From Escherichia phage Cyrano, in the sequence record OV696614: 64,000 bases of DNA. One strand, 5' to 3'. Position 1 is the stretch's first letter; every line of letters starts with the position of its first letter. A model generated the notes under the pieces. It had not been told where the DNA came from, ran no database searches, and saw only the letters and a program-made list of their open reading frames with translations. Positions 10,288-20,600 of this stretch are shown here, one piece after another. The position numbers and the translations under genes are program-made.

Positions 10288-10557
10288 GTGTCGCCATTAG
10301 AGCTACTGAACGTTCCTCTCACGATGTTCTGGATGCTCAGTCGCAATATAGACCGTCTGCGTGCGGAAGAGGATGTCCGCAACTTACAAGTCGCTCGTGC
10401 GTCCCAGGCGGATGGCGAGGCTGTGAAGGCGTTCATGGAGGGTTTGCAACTCAGGATTGGAAGACCAGTCGTAACAGATAAAGTCTACGATCCAAGCCAG
10501 GATAAGGCAGACCCTGACGCCAAAGAGCAACTGATGCAAATATTTGGCAGAGGATGA
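10288..10557 (+). CDS. probable T-like extension of the tail assembly chaperone, expressed by -1 frameshift from 9890..10207
   Basis: frame is open from 10171 (no in-frame ATG; track start is GTG 10288) and overlaps the last 37 nt of the G-like ORF in the -1 frame; ends just before tape measure start. Confidence 0.35.
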   Translation: MSPLELLNVPLTMFWMLSRNIDRLRAEEDVRNLQVARASQADGEAVKAFMEGLQLRIGRPVVTDKVYDPSQDKADPDAKEQLMQIFGRG

Positions 10558-10564
10558 CAAGGGA

Positions 10565-13500
10565 ATGTCACAAAACGTAGAGTTTATCCTGTCGCTGGAA
10601 GACAAACAGTTTACAGCGTCAATCGATCGTGCGGGGAAACTGCTTACTCGATTTGGTGAGCAGGTAACAAAGCCTGCTCAAAAAATCCAAACCTTTGAAC
10701 GCTCTTTGGGTTCGGTCGCCCGTATCATTGGCGTTCTGGAAAGCAAGCTCGATTCTACGGCAGATAAACTACAGGATGTAGCTGCCGGTTTTGAGCTTGC
10801 TTCAGATGCTACGCGTAAAATGCGTGGCAACATCACCAGCCTCAATTCTGGTCTTAAAGCCCTGATTGAGCGCGTCGATACGACAACTTCTTCAGTAGAT
10901 AAACTCACCGCGTCATTACGTAAAGTGCAATCAGAGCTAAATGATTTCTCTGATTGGGCGACCTATGCAAGCAAAAGCGCAAGCCGCTTTGGTACGGAGG
11001 TCAAAGAAGCCTCTGCGTCCGTGAGTGGCATGAATACGCGCCTTAATACCACGACGAAGCGACTCAGTAATTGGGGTGTCACAACGAGTCAGGCTGCCGA
11101 GGGACTGAAAAAGGTTCGTGAGCAGATGGACGAAGTTATCGGACGTCAGCAACTGATTAGCAAGCCGGTACGCGTTCGTACATCTGGAAGTGGCGATGGT
11201 GGTAGCGGGCGGCGTAGCGGCGCTTCTGGCCATAGCGGTAAAAGTAACGAAGGAGGTATGTTCTCTGGCCTTCGTGGCAACATTTTCCTGCTTGGCGAGA
11301 TCGGAGATGCAGCCAGAACGGTTACTGACATCATGTTTGGGTGGCAGAAGCCTATTGTTGAAGCTGCGGCCGAAATGGAACGTATGCGGGTGATGCTTCG
11401 AGGGTTGAATAAGGAGAAGTCCAACCCGGGCCAGGCTGCCGCTGATGATATGAAGTACATCGTAGACATGGCTCAAAATGCGCCGTTCGCGATGCAGGCG
11501 TTAACAGACTCCTTCGTGAAGTTTCGTTCTGCTGGCTTAGATCCAACCGATGGTTCTCTGAAGGCGCTGGTGGACTCCGTTGCTCGTTTTGGTGGTGATA
11601 GTGAGCTGTTGAAACGTGCGGCTGTGGCCGTTCAGCAGATGTCCGGTAAGGGCGTTGTGTCAATGGAAGAGCTACGTCAGCAATTAGGTGAAGCCGTTCC
11701 TAACGCGATGCAGGCAATGGCAGACGCCGCAGGCATCACTATGGGGGAACTGACTAAAGCCGTTGCCAGCGGTATGGTTGAGGCAAAACAGGCGTTGTCT
11801 CTGATGTTTGTTGGTCTGCGTGCGGAGAATGAGAACGCAGCGAAAGACATGATGCAAACCTACACAGGTGCGCTGGCGCAACTTCAGACGTCATTCTCGT
11901 TATTTGCTGATCGGGTTGGTCAGGCCGGATATCTAGATTCTCTATCGAAGGGGATGAAAGAACTGGCTTCAATCATGAATAGCGCCGAAGGGATTTCGTT
12001 TGCCAATTCTTTAGGTTCGGGGTTAACAACGGCAATCGATGGGTTGCGTCAGCTTGCTCAATGGTTAGCAAAGAACCAAGAGCTGGTGATTAATCTCGGT
12101 AAGGTCGTGGCCGCGATGGTTGCGTTCAAACTGATGCGAGCAGGGATCATGGGGGTAGTTGGCGCAGGCAGCCAGATGGTTAGCACCTTTGCCACGATGG
12201 CGACCGCCATACAGACTCCATTTAACCTCGGCGCTACAGCAGTAACTCGATTCAATCGTGCGGCACGTATGGGGCTGGCTCCGATCCCCTCTCTTATTTT
12301 CGCCATCCGTGGGGCGATTACGGGGCTTAAAGGCGCTTTTGCTGGCTTGACTGCGTTTATTGCGGCGAATCCGATAGGTTTTGTTTTCACTGCTGCAATG
12401 ACCGCTGTTGCTGGCTTAATCACGTATATGACCATGCTTCGTAGCGAAACTTCAAAGGTCGTTGACGAGATTAGGAAAATACCAGAAGCGATGACGGCGG
12501 CTAAACGTGCACAGATGGCCGAGTATAAAGCGCGTCTTGAGCAACAAATCACGCAAAAGGAACAAGAGTTAAAATCTGGCGAAAAGGTGGTTTATGGGCC
12601 GGGTATGGCCGGAACTACAGTAAAGATTAATCATGATGAACGTAAGCGAATAGAAAATGAGCTAAATGAACTTCGTAAGAAACGCGATGAAACCAATGAA
12701 ACTATTGCCAGAGGGGATTTGGCTGTAGCCAAACGTCTGGCAAAAGAGACGGCAGAATCCCAGATAGAGAAAATACTCGAAGAGAATAGAGACTTTGCGG
12801 CAACGTTCGTGAAAGCTCGTCAGGAGGCTCTGGAGAAAATCCAGAAAATCAAGGATGACGGTTCACTTTCGGATGACGAAAAGAACAAGCTATTGGCACC
12901 GTTACGTGAAACGGTAAACAAAAGCTATCTGGAGCCTGCGCAAAAACTGGTTGATTCACTTTCTTCTCGTAAGAATGCGACCGAGAAGCAAATCGCGACT
13001 CTTAATGATCAGCTTGAAAAAGCGAAAAAGGAAGGAAATACCGAGCAGATTCAGAAACTGCAAGGAAGTATTCGTGGCTATCAGGAGCATTTGGAAGTCG
13101 TTGCTCAGGAACTGACTCAGGCAGAGTTTAAGAGGGATAACGCGGCCAAAAGTGGTAATGGCTTAGTGTCAATCAATGGAGATGTTCTTGGGTTAGGTAC
13201 AACTGATAAAGCTGCTCAGAAGGCGCTGGCGCAATATATGCGCAACCAGATGGATTCTGCGACTTATCAACGTACTTTGCCTGACGGCACTCCGATGATG
13301 GACTTCGAAGGTAAGCCGATTATTGGGCCTAAACAACTCAAGACGCAGCTTAATTTGCAGAAAGCATCCAGCGCCAGCTCTCTGGAGAAAATGAGCGATG
13401 AAGAGCGTGCCGCAGCCATTGCTGCACTGACTAAAGCTCGTGAACAGGATGCAGCAGCTGCCGAGAAAGCAGCCCAACGATCAGCTAACGCCTCGCAGCG

Positions 13501-15142
13501 TGCGGCCAAGAAGGAACAGGCAGCGCAACAGAAACTGGCAGCCGGATACCAGAAGGCTCTGGACAAAGCCGATCAGCTTATGGGGCAAATGGGTGAAAGC
13601 TCTAAGGCTACGGTATCGTTTGATCAGTCTCTTCGCGATACAACGAAATCGCTGACAGATTTGGCTAATGCGGTTCCTAACGAGTTCATCACTCAAGAGA
13701 TGATCGACAAGGCGAAAAAACGTCTTGAAGACCTCAAAAATGCGACACCTGAATATCGCGAGATGTTTAATCGCCGCAATGTTGAGCAGATGATCTCCAC
13801 TTGGGCACCGAAGGCGGATTCCATTATTAGTGCTGGCTATACGCCGTCTCGCGAAGATAAAGTTGCTGATTTCGAAGACACCTACAACCGCAATCTCAAA
13901 GCGTTGATAGAACTTCGTGATAAGGCGTCTGATCCTAAAGTTGTGGCGCTTTATACAAAGAAAATCAATCAACTGATTGCTGCTGGCAATACCGCGCTTA
14001 TTAAAGAGACGGGGACTGCGACGCAGAAGTTGGCACTGGAATACGAAAACCTGGCAGAGCAGATCGAAAGCACCTGGACTGATTTGTTTAGTGGCTTAAC
14101 TGATGTCCTGACTGATTTCGTTATTAACGGGAAGATGAGCTTCTCCAGCCTGTCTCAGTCCATTTTGAAAGATATCACCAATATGGTCGTGAAGTCGCAG
14201 ATCACGCTGCCTCTAATGAACATGTTGGGGATGGGAGCCACCGCAGCTGGTAGTTCACAGAGTGGTAATTTGCTCACCGGGGTTGCTTCCGCAGTTGCCA
14301 ATCAAGGTGTGCGCATAAGCAACACTGTTAATGGCGACAAGTCGGTAGGAGAAGCCACGAAGGAGACGTCCAGTTCGGTAACTGGATTGGGGCAAACAAC
14401 ACAGCAGACCACCAGCGCAATTGGCACTGCAACAAATGCGATTGGTAGCTGGGTATCGGGGCTATTTGATAGCACCGAAGCCAAAGATGCTGAGACAAAA
14501 GCAGTGAAGGACTCCATCTTCTCGATGCAGAACCTCAGTTCTGTTACCGGCGCTCTGTCTGCCGCGTTTGCAATGCTTGGAGCTAATGCTTCCGGCTCTG
14601 GTAATAAGTGGTTGAATTTCGGCGCGACAGTTGCATCTGGTTTGGTTTCAGTATGGGCTGGTGGTGGATTCGATGGATTGATGTCCGGTTCTTCTGGCTC
14701 AACTTCCGGGTTCAACAATCTGACCAGTTCTGCTGCCGATGGCACGAATGGTATTCCTGCAATTCCGAAGTTTGCAAATGGTGGCATATTCGGAAAAGAC
14801 GGCGTGATCCCGCTCCGGGCATACCAGAAAGGCGGTATAGCCAACTCACCTCAATTGGCGTTGTTTGGGGAAGGCGATATGAATGAGGCGTATGTTCCAT
14901 TGCCTGATGGTCGAACAATCCCTGTAACGCTCAGTACCGATGGTATGAGTGGAGGAGGAAATGTTCTTTCTCCGGTATCAATTGAGATCAACGTCCATAG
15001 TGACGGTAGCACAACTGAATCCGGCGATACAGAAAGCATATGGAACAATGCCGCTCAACGGATGAAAGCAATCGCGCTTGAGACTATCGCTCAAGAGAAA
15101 CGCCCTGGCGGATCACTCAACCCAAACACTCAACGTAACTAA
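10565..15142 (+). CDS. tail tape measure protein
   Basis: about 1525 aa, long coiled-coil/helical regions, central hydrophobic Gly/Ala-rich segment, Gly/Ser-rich C-terminus; located between G/T-like genes and M-L-K-I-J genes; ATG 10565 chosen over TTG 10544. Confidence 0.85.
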   Translation: MSQNVEFILSLEDKQFTASIDRAGKLLTRFGEQVTKPAQKIQTFERSLGSVARIIGVLESKLDSTADKLQDVAAGFELASDATRKMRGNITSLNSGLKALIERVDTTTSSVDKLTASLRKVQSELNDFSDWATYASKSASRFGTEVKEASASVSGMNTRLNTTTKRLSNWGVTTSQAAEGLKKVREQMDEVIGRQQLISKPVRVRTSGSGDGGSGRRSGASGHSGKSNEGGMFSGLRGNIFLLGEIGDAARTVTDIMFGWQKPIVEAAAEMERMRVMLRGLNKEKSNPGQAAADDMKYIVDMAQNAPFAMQALTDSFVKFRSAGLDPTDGSLKALVDSVARFGGDSELLKRAAVAVQQMSGKGVVSMEELRQQLGEAVPNAMQAMADAAGITMGELTKAVASGMVEAKQALSLMFVGLRAENENAAKDMMQTYTGALAQLQTSFSLFADRVGQAGYLDSLSKGMKELASIMNSAEGISFANSLGSGLTTAIDGLRQLAQWLAKNQELVINLGKVVAAMVAFKLMRAGIMGVVGAGSQMVSTFATMATAIQTPFNLGATAVTRFNRAARMGLAPIPSLIFAIRGAITGLKGAFAGLTAFIAANPIGFVFTAAMTAVAGLITYMTMLRSETSKVVDEIRKIPEAMTAAKRAQMAEYKARLEQQITQKEQELKSGEKVVYGPGMAGTTVKINHDERKRIENELNELRKKRDETNETIARGDLAVAKRLAKETAESQIEKILEENRDFAATFVKARQEALEKIQKIKDDGSLSDDEKNKLLAPLRETVNKSYLEPAQKLVDSLSSRKNATEKQIATLNDQLEKAKKEGNTEQIQKLQGSIRGYQEHLEVVAQELTQAEFKRDNAAKSGNGLVSINGDVLGLGTTDKAAQKALAQYMRNQMDSATYQRTLPDGTPMMDFEGKPIIGPKQLKTQLNLQKASSASSLEKMSDEERAAAIAALTKAREQDAAAAEKAAQRSANASQRAAKKEQAAQQKLAAGYQKALDKADQLMGQMGESSKATVSFDQSLRDTTKSLTDLANAVPNEFITQEMIDKAKKRLEDLKNATPEYREMFNRRNVEQMISTWAPKADSIISAGYTPSREDKVADFEDTYNRNLKALIELRDKASDPKVVALYTKKINQLIAAGNTALIKETGTATQKLALEYENLAEQIESTWTDLFSGLTDVLTDFVINGKMSFSSLSQSILKDITNMVVKSQITLPLMNMLGMGATAAGSSQSGNLLTGVASAVANQGVRISNTVNGDKSVGEATKETSSSVTGLGQTTQQTTSAIGTATNAIGSWVSGLFDSTEAKDAETKAVKDSIFSMQNLSSVTGALSAAFAMLGANASGSGNKWLNFGATVASGLVSVWAGGGFDGLMSGSSGSTSGFNNLTSSAADGTNGIPAIPKFANGGIFGKDGVIPLRAYQKGGIANSPQLALFGEGDMNEAYVPLPDGRTIPVTLSTDGMSGGGNVLSPVSIEINVHSDGSTTESGDTESIWNNAAQRMKAIALETIAQEKRPGGSLNPNTQRN

Positions 15143-15184
15143 CTATCGACTGCCCCGACCGGGGCAGTCTCACAAGGATGTGAG

Positions 15185-15520
15185 ATGGAAAGACAAACGT
15201 TTAATTGGTATCCAGATTACGAATCTGAAAAAAGCGTAAAACCGAATGTAACGGTACTTAATTTTGGTGATGACTACGAGCAGCGACAGGCTCAAGGTCT
15301 TAATCGTATTAAAGAAGAATGGTCGTTAACCTTTACCAGATCATACAACGAAATTAATGCAATCGATGACTTCCTGACTGAGCGAGCAGGCGTTGAGTCG
15401 TTCTATTGGGTTAATCCAAGAGGAAAACGGATTGTAGTTGTATGTGACAGTCATACGGTCAAGCGATATCAGGGGTACTGTGTCTTAACAGCTACATTCA
15501 GACAAGTATTTGAGGCTTAA
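15185..15520 (+). CDS. minor tail protein, lambda gpM-like
   Basis: 111 aa; resembles lambda M by eye (LNFGDDYEQRQAQGLN vs lambda RFGDGYSQRAPAGLN; C-terminal ATFRQVFEA vs lambda AEFEQVVN). Confidence 0.7.
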   Translation: MERQTFNWYPDYESEKSVKPNVTVLNFGDDYEQRQAQGLNRIKEEWSLTFTRSYNEINAIDDFLTERAGVESFYWVNPRGKRIVVVCDSHTVKRYQGYCVLTATFRQVFEA

Positions 15521-15602
15521 GTATCTAGATAAGTAAGTACTAATTTACTATTATTGTGGCGCTGACAGGATGTTAGCGCCTACTTATTTCAAGGATGAAA
15601 CA

Positions 15603-16301
15603 ATGGGAATTAAAGCTGATATTCAGAGCTTATCTCCCTCTGCACTCATTGAGTTGTTCGTACTGGATATGTCGAACACAACTTCAGGGGGGAAGCTATT
15701 CTTCCACGCCGGAACAAACGAACTGATGCAACCGGTCGTCTGGCAAGGAGTGACATACGAGCCGTGGCCAATCAAAGCATCAGGCTTTGACAAAACTGGC
15801 CAGGGAACGTTGCCACGTCCAAAAATTCAGGTATCGAACTTTGCCGGAACTGTCTCTGCGGAAGTTCAGGCAAACGACGATCTTGTTGGCTGCCGCATTA
15901 TTCGCAAGATGACGCTGGCTCGCTTCCTCGATGCCGTTAATTTTAAAGACGGCAACCCAACAGCAGATCCAAACCAACATTTCCCGGATGAAATGTGGTT
16001 TATCGAACAGAAAACTCTCGAAACTCATCAGGTTGTCGAGTTTGAATTGTCCAGTGTGTTCGATTTGATGGGGGTGCAACTGCCGTATCGTCAGATCATT
16101 AAAAACACCTGCCCGTGGAAATACCGAGGGCCAGAATGCGGCTATACCGGTCCATATTTCGACAAAAATAACCAGCAGACGTCTATGTCTGGTGCGGATT
16201 ACTGCACAAAACGTTATGACGCCTGTAATGCGCGTCGGAATTATTTTGCCGACGGTGTGATCCATTTTGGCGGATTTATTGGAGCTACGCGGTATGGGTA
16301 A
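15603..16301 (+). CDS. minor tail protein, lambda gpL-like
   Basis: ATG 15603 with AAGGA RBS; clear similarity to lambda L (VVWQGVTYEPWPIKASGFD, ARFLDAVNF, NTCPWKYRGPECGYTGP, GNFGGF-type C-terminus). Confidence 0.85.
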   Translation: MGIKADIQSLSPSALIELFVLDMSNTTSGGKLFFHAGTNELMQPVVWQGVTYEPWPIKASGFDKTGQGTLPRPKIQVSNFAGTVSAEVQANDDLVGCRIIRKMTLARFLDAVNFKDGNPTADPNQHFPDEMWFIEQKTLETHQVVEFELSSVFDLMGVQLPYRQIIKNTCPWKYRGPECGYTGPYFDKNNQQTSMSGADYCTKRYDACNARRNYFADGVIHFGGFIGATRYG

Positions 16302-17091
16302 TAAAGCAATCCCTGAGCTTGGCTCTGACGTTATGCAGCAAATCTATCTCTGCGCCATAAATCGCTACCCTAATGAAGCGTGTGGCTTTCTGGTTAGAAC
16401 TAATGGCGACAAATATCGCTTTATGGAAGCGCGGAATGTTTCGGAGAACCCGCAGAACACTTTTGTAATGCACGTTGACGACATTATGGCGGCAGAGGAT
16501 GCGGGTGATGTTATCGCAATCTGGCATTCACATACTGATGAATCAGCAGAAGCATCTGATGCCGATCGTGCAGGCTGCGAAGCGACGGAAGTTCCGTGGA
16601 TGATTCTGGCTATTCGCAAGAATGTTGAGGGAGATGCCCCTTTCCATTTTAGCGAGATGAATGTGATCACACCTGATGGTTTCGAAATGCCATACCTGGG
16701 CAGACCGTATGTATTTGGCGTATTCGATTGCTGGATGTTGTGTCGGGACTATTTGAAGCGTGAGTTTAACGTCGAACTAAACCCGAACGCACACCTGCAT
16801 ATTCCATCGTGGTACACCGGCGATAACGACATTCTCGATCAGAACTACCGTAACGAGGGATTGGTGCGTCTTGCGCCCGGAACAGAGCCTCAACGTGGGG
16901 ACATCTTCTTTATCCAATACGGGAAAATGCCCGACCACTGCGCGGTTTATATCGGCGATGGAATGATTCTTCATCACCAGATCGACCGCCTTAGTTGTCG
17001 TGCTTATTACGGCGGAATGTATCAGAAACATACGACGCATCACTTGCGTCACAGAGACTTGCTCAAGGGAGATGAGACGTGTCTGAGTTAG
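16294..17091 (+). CDS. tail assembly protein, lambda gpK-like (JAB/MPN + NlpC/P60 domains)
   Basis: JAMM-type motif AIWHSHTDESAEASDAD and NlpC/P60-type Cys (GVFDCWML); gene order after L. Confidence 0.8.
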   Translation: MGNKAIPELGSDVMQQIYLCAINRYPNEACGFLVRTNGDKYRFMEARNVSENPQNTFVMHVDDIMAAEDAGDVIAIWHSHTDESAEASDADRAGCEATEVPWMILAIRKNVEGDAPFHFSEMNVITPDGFEMPYLGRPYVFGVFDCWMLCRDYLKREFNVELNPNAHLHIPSWYTGDNDILDQNYRNEGLVRLAPGTEPQRGDIFFIQYGKMPDHCAVYIGDGMILHHQIDRLSCRAYYGGMYQKHTTHHLRHRDLLKGDETCLS

Positions 17092-17672
17092 TTCATGTGC
17101 AGCTTGGCGGCCCTATGGCCAAACATTTTGGCCGCCACTGGCATCTAAAGGTGCGCAATACAAAACAGGCTCTGGATTTAATTGAGGCCAACAAGCCTGG
17201 GTTTAAAGCATGGATGAAGCGCAATATCAAAACCTATGACCGTTACCACATCCAGATCACCAATAAACAGGGCCACAAGTGGTCTGTTGACGAAAGTGAA
17301 TATCAGATGATGGGGCAGTCTGACAACATTGCCAAAATCCGCATTACACCTGTTCCGCGAGGAAGCGGTGGATCTGCTTTTGGGTGGTTTCAGACGGTAG
17401 TAGGGGCCGCTTTGTTGGTTGTATCGGCGGTAGTGATGCCTGCTTTAGCACCTCTCGGTTTGTCACTGATGATGGGCGGCATATCACAAATCATATCGCC
17501 GCAAGCCACTAACGAAAGTGTGAGACAGGCAGATAACTCGAACTCTTATTATTTCGACGGCCCTCAAAATACAGAAAACCAGGGCAACCCAGTACAACTT
17601 ATCTATGGCGAGGAAATTCTGGTTGGCTCACAGGTTGTGAGTTCTTCAATCACGATTGACCAGCTAATGTAA
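17079..17672 (+). CDS. tail assembly protein, lambda gpI-like
   Basis: 197 aa, GTG start with AAGGGAG RBS; N-terminal domain then hydrophobic segment, position between K-like and J-like genes. Confidence 0.65.
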   Translation: MSELVHVQLGGPMAKHFGRHWHLKVRNTKQALDLIEANKPGFKAWMKRNIKTYDRYHIQITNKQGHKWSVDESEYQMMGQSDNIAKIRITPVPRGSGGSAFGWFQTVVGAALLVVSAVVMPALAPLGLSLMMGGISQIISPQATNESVRQADNSNSYYFDGPQNTENQGNPVQLIYGEEILVGSQVVSSSITIDQLM

Positions 17673-17689
17673 ACAAGGATTTTTTGAAC

Positions 17690-20600
17690 ATGGAACAGTT
17701 CAAGAAGAAAAAGCTACCGCTGTTTATTGCCGGTGCGGGTGGTAAAAAAAGCAGCAAAAGCTCCAGCCGTACACCGGTTGAAGCCGACGATACCGTAAAT
17801 TCTCGTGCAATGGCCGCTATCCTCGATCTTCTTGGGGAAGGGGTAATTGGCGGCTTAGTAAATGGCGCAAGATCTATTTTTATCGACGATCTGCCGATTG
17901 TAAATGAAGACGGTTCCTCCAACTTCAGCGGAATCACATGGGATTTTCGCGACGGTTCGCAAGACCAAACTCCAATGTCTGGCTTTGATTTCGTTGAAAC
18001 GCCTAAATCCGTCAATATCCAGTTAAAAAAAACACATTATGTAACGGTTTCAATCGATAACGATGAAGCTGATCGGGTTCGTGTCATCATGAAGTTTCCT
18101 TCTTTGCGAAGCATAGATAAAAAAACTGGTGACACGAACGGTACGACTGTTGAGTACAAGTTCCAGATAGCAAATGGCGACTCAACATTTGTAGATGTGG
18201 TCGCGGAAGGTGAAAAAAGCGTTGGCATTAAGCTAACAGCAAAGAAGACCGGCGTTTATTACCGTAGCTACGAGCTGAAGCTGCCTAAGCCTGGACGCGC
18301 ATACAAGGTTCGTGTAGTCCGTATTACCGATGATAACAGTAGCCAGTATCTCTATAACGATACATGGGTGGATTCAATCGGGGAAATTGTCGATACACCG
18401 ATGAACTATCCAAACTCTGTTTTAGTTGGATTGAAGGTAAACTCTGAGCAATTCGGCAGCACCATGCCATCTCGCTCTTATCTGGTGCGTGGCCTAAAAA
18501 TTCGAGTACCTTCAAACTATAACGAGTCCAGTAACACTTACGCTGGGGTATGGGATGGCACTTTTAAGCTGTTGTCTTCTTCGAACCCCGCGTGGATTCT
18601 CTTTGATTTGCTGACCAATGCTCGATATGGCCTTGGTCAGTATGTGTCGGAATCTATGATTGACCTTGGCCAGTTGTACCAGATTGGTCGATATTGTGAC
18701 GAAGAGGTCGATGATGGCTTTGGTGGCAAAGAGAAACGCTTTGCAATCAATACGCAGATCACCAGTCGACAGGACGCATACCGACTAATTCAGGATATTG
18801 CTGGAGCATTCCGCGGCATGGTGTTTTGGGCTGGTGGGATGGTTAACATCATGCAGGATAGCCCATCAGATCCGGTAATGATGTTTACCAACTCTAACGT
18901 CAAAGATGGATTGTTTACCTATAAAGGTTCTGCGCGTAAAGATCGCCCATCCGTTGCGCTCGTAACCTACAACAACAAGGAGGACGGTTATAAGCAAAAC
19001 ATCGAGTACGTTGAAGATCAGGACGCAATGCGCCGTTATGGTGAGCGTAAGACAGAAGTCGTAGCATTTGGCTGTACAAGCCGAGGGCAGGCTCACCGAG
19101 TTGGTTTGTGGCTTTTATATACCGCCAGAATGGAGTCGGATGTAATTACATTTACTGCCGGCTTAGACGCGTCATTTCTGATGCCTGGTGAAACCGTTCT
19201 GATTCAGAACAAATATCGCGCAGGCAAACGTAACTCAGGTCGAATTGTGGCGTTTACCAAAAACAGCGTCACACTCGATGCGCCGGTGTCGTTAGCCAAA
19301 GGCGGCTGCTTTATTCGAATACTGAATCAGGAAGGCAAAATCGTTGAACGCGATGTTCTTGAAACTGGCGAAAATATAACAAAAGTTACGTTTTCAAAAT
19401 CCCTGTCTTCGGCTGAAACGCCTGTTTTGAACGGCGTCTGGACTATTACAGAACCAGACCTCGAACCTATGCGCGTTCGCATCGTTAACATCGCGCAGGG
19501 GGAAACGCCGGGTAGCTTTGACATCACCGCTGTTGAGAACAATCCGTCTAAATATGAGGCGATCGACAATGGTGCAACGCTTATCCCGCAAAATACGACG
19601 GTATTGGACCCGACTTACTCCAAGCCGTCTAATTTGCAAATCACCGAAGGGACTTATCTCTCAAGCCCTGGCAACCTGTCAGTAAAACTGACTGCAACAT
19701 GGGAAGGGAAATCTCCAGAGTATTGGATCAGTTGGCGACGTTCTGATGAAAACAATGTATCGAACTGGCAATCGGCGCGTGTAACCGAAGAGCAATACGA
19801 AATCGTTAATGTCGCGGAGAATGGACGCTACGACTTCCAACTGTATGCGGTTTCATTCAACGGTAAAAAAACAGAAATTATCAGTGCCGTTTATCAGGTG
19901 CTGGGCACAATGACACCGCCGGATGCACCAACGTCATTAACGGCCGTTGGAGACTATCGTAATGTGATACTGAATTGGGTTAATCCAGATTCGGTAGACC
20001 TTGATCACATTAATGTTTACGCATCCCAGACCAACAATCTGGATACGGCGAAACTGATCGCAGAGTCTGCAAGCACCACCTTTACACATGCTGGTCTTGG
20101 GGATAGCGAAACGTGGTATTACTGGGTTCGAGCATCGAACAAGCGAGGTATGTTAAGTCCTCCGAACTCAAACTTGGGTACAGAGGCGACAACTCGCGAT
20201 GTACTGTCGTTCCTGACTGGCAAAATTACATCTTCCGAGCTTGGTCAGGCTCTGCTTGAGGACATCAACAGCAAAGCCTCTCAAGAAGCAGTTGACGAGT
20301 TAAATGAGCATATCAACCAGAGCGTCGAATCTTTGGAGGGGTCGGTAAACGACGTTAAGGAAGATATAGCTGAATTAGATAAGCAGTTCAGCGATAACCT
20401 CGCGGATTTTGAAATAAAATTCAACGAGCGTAGCGATGCTTTGGAGAACGCACAAACCGAGCTTAAAGGTGAGGTTTCGGCAACGATCGACAAGGTCAAT
20501 GAAGCGTTTGAAAAAATTGATGCTACTGATGCTGCAATTGTTGAAATCGAAAACACCGTATCTGAACACGATAAAGCTCTCGCTAATACAGTCGAGGCAA

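Noticed and set aside
10937-14844. Multiple minus-strand ORFs (e.g. 10937..11476, 12058..12552, 13481..13972, 14302..14844) inside the tape measure gene
   Set aside because: Antisense shadow ORFs within a 4.6 kb continuous coding frame; no RBS or motifs, compositionally biased products.
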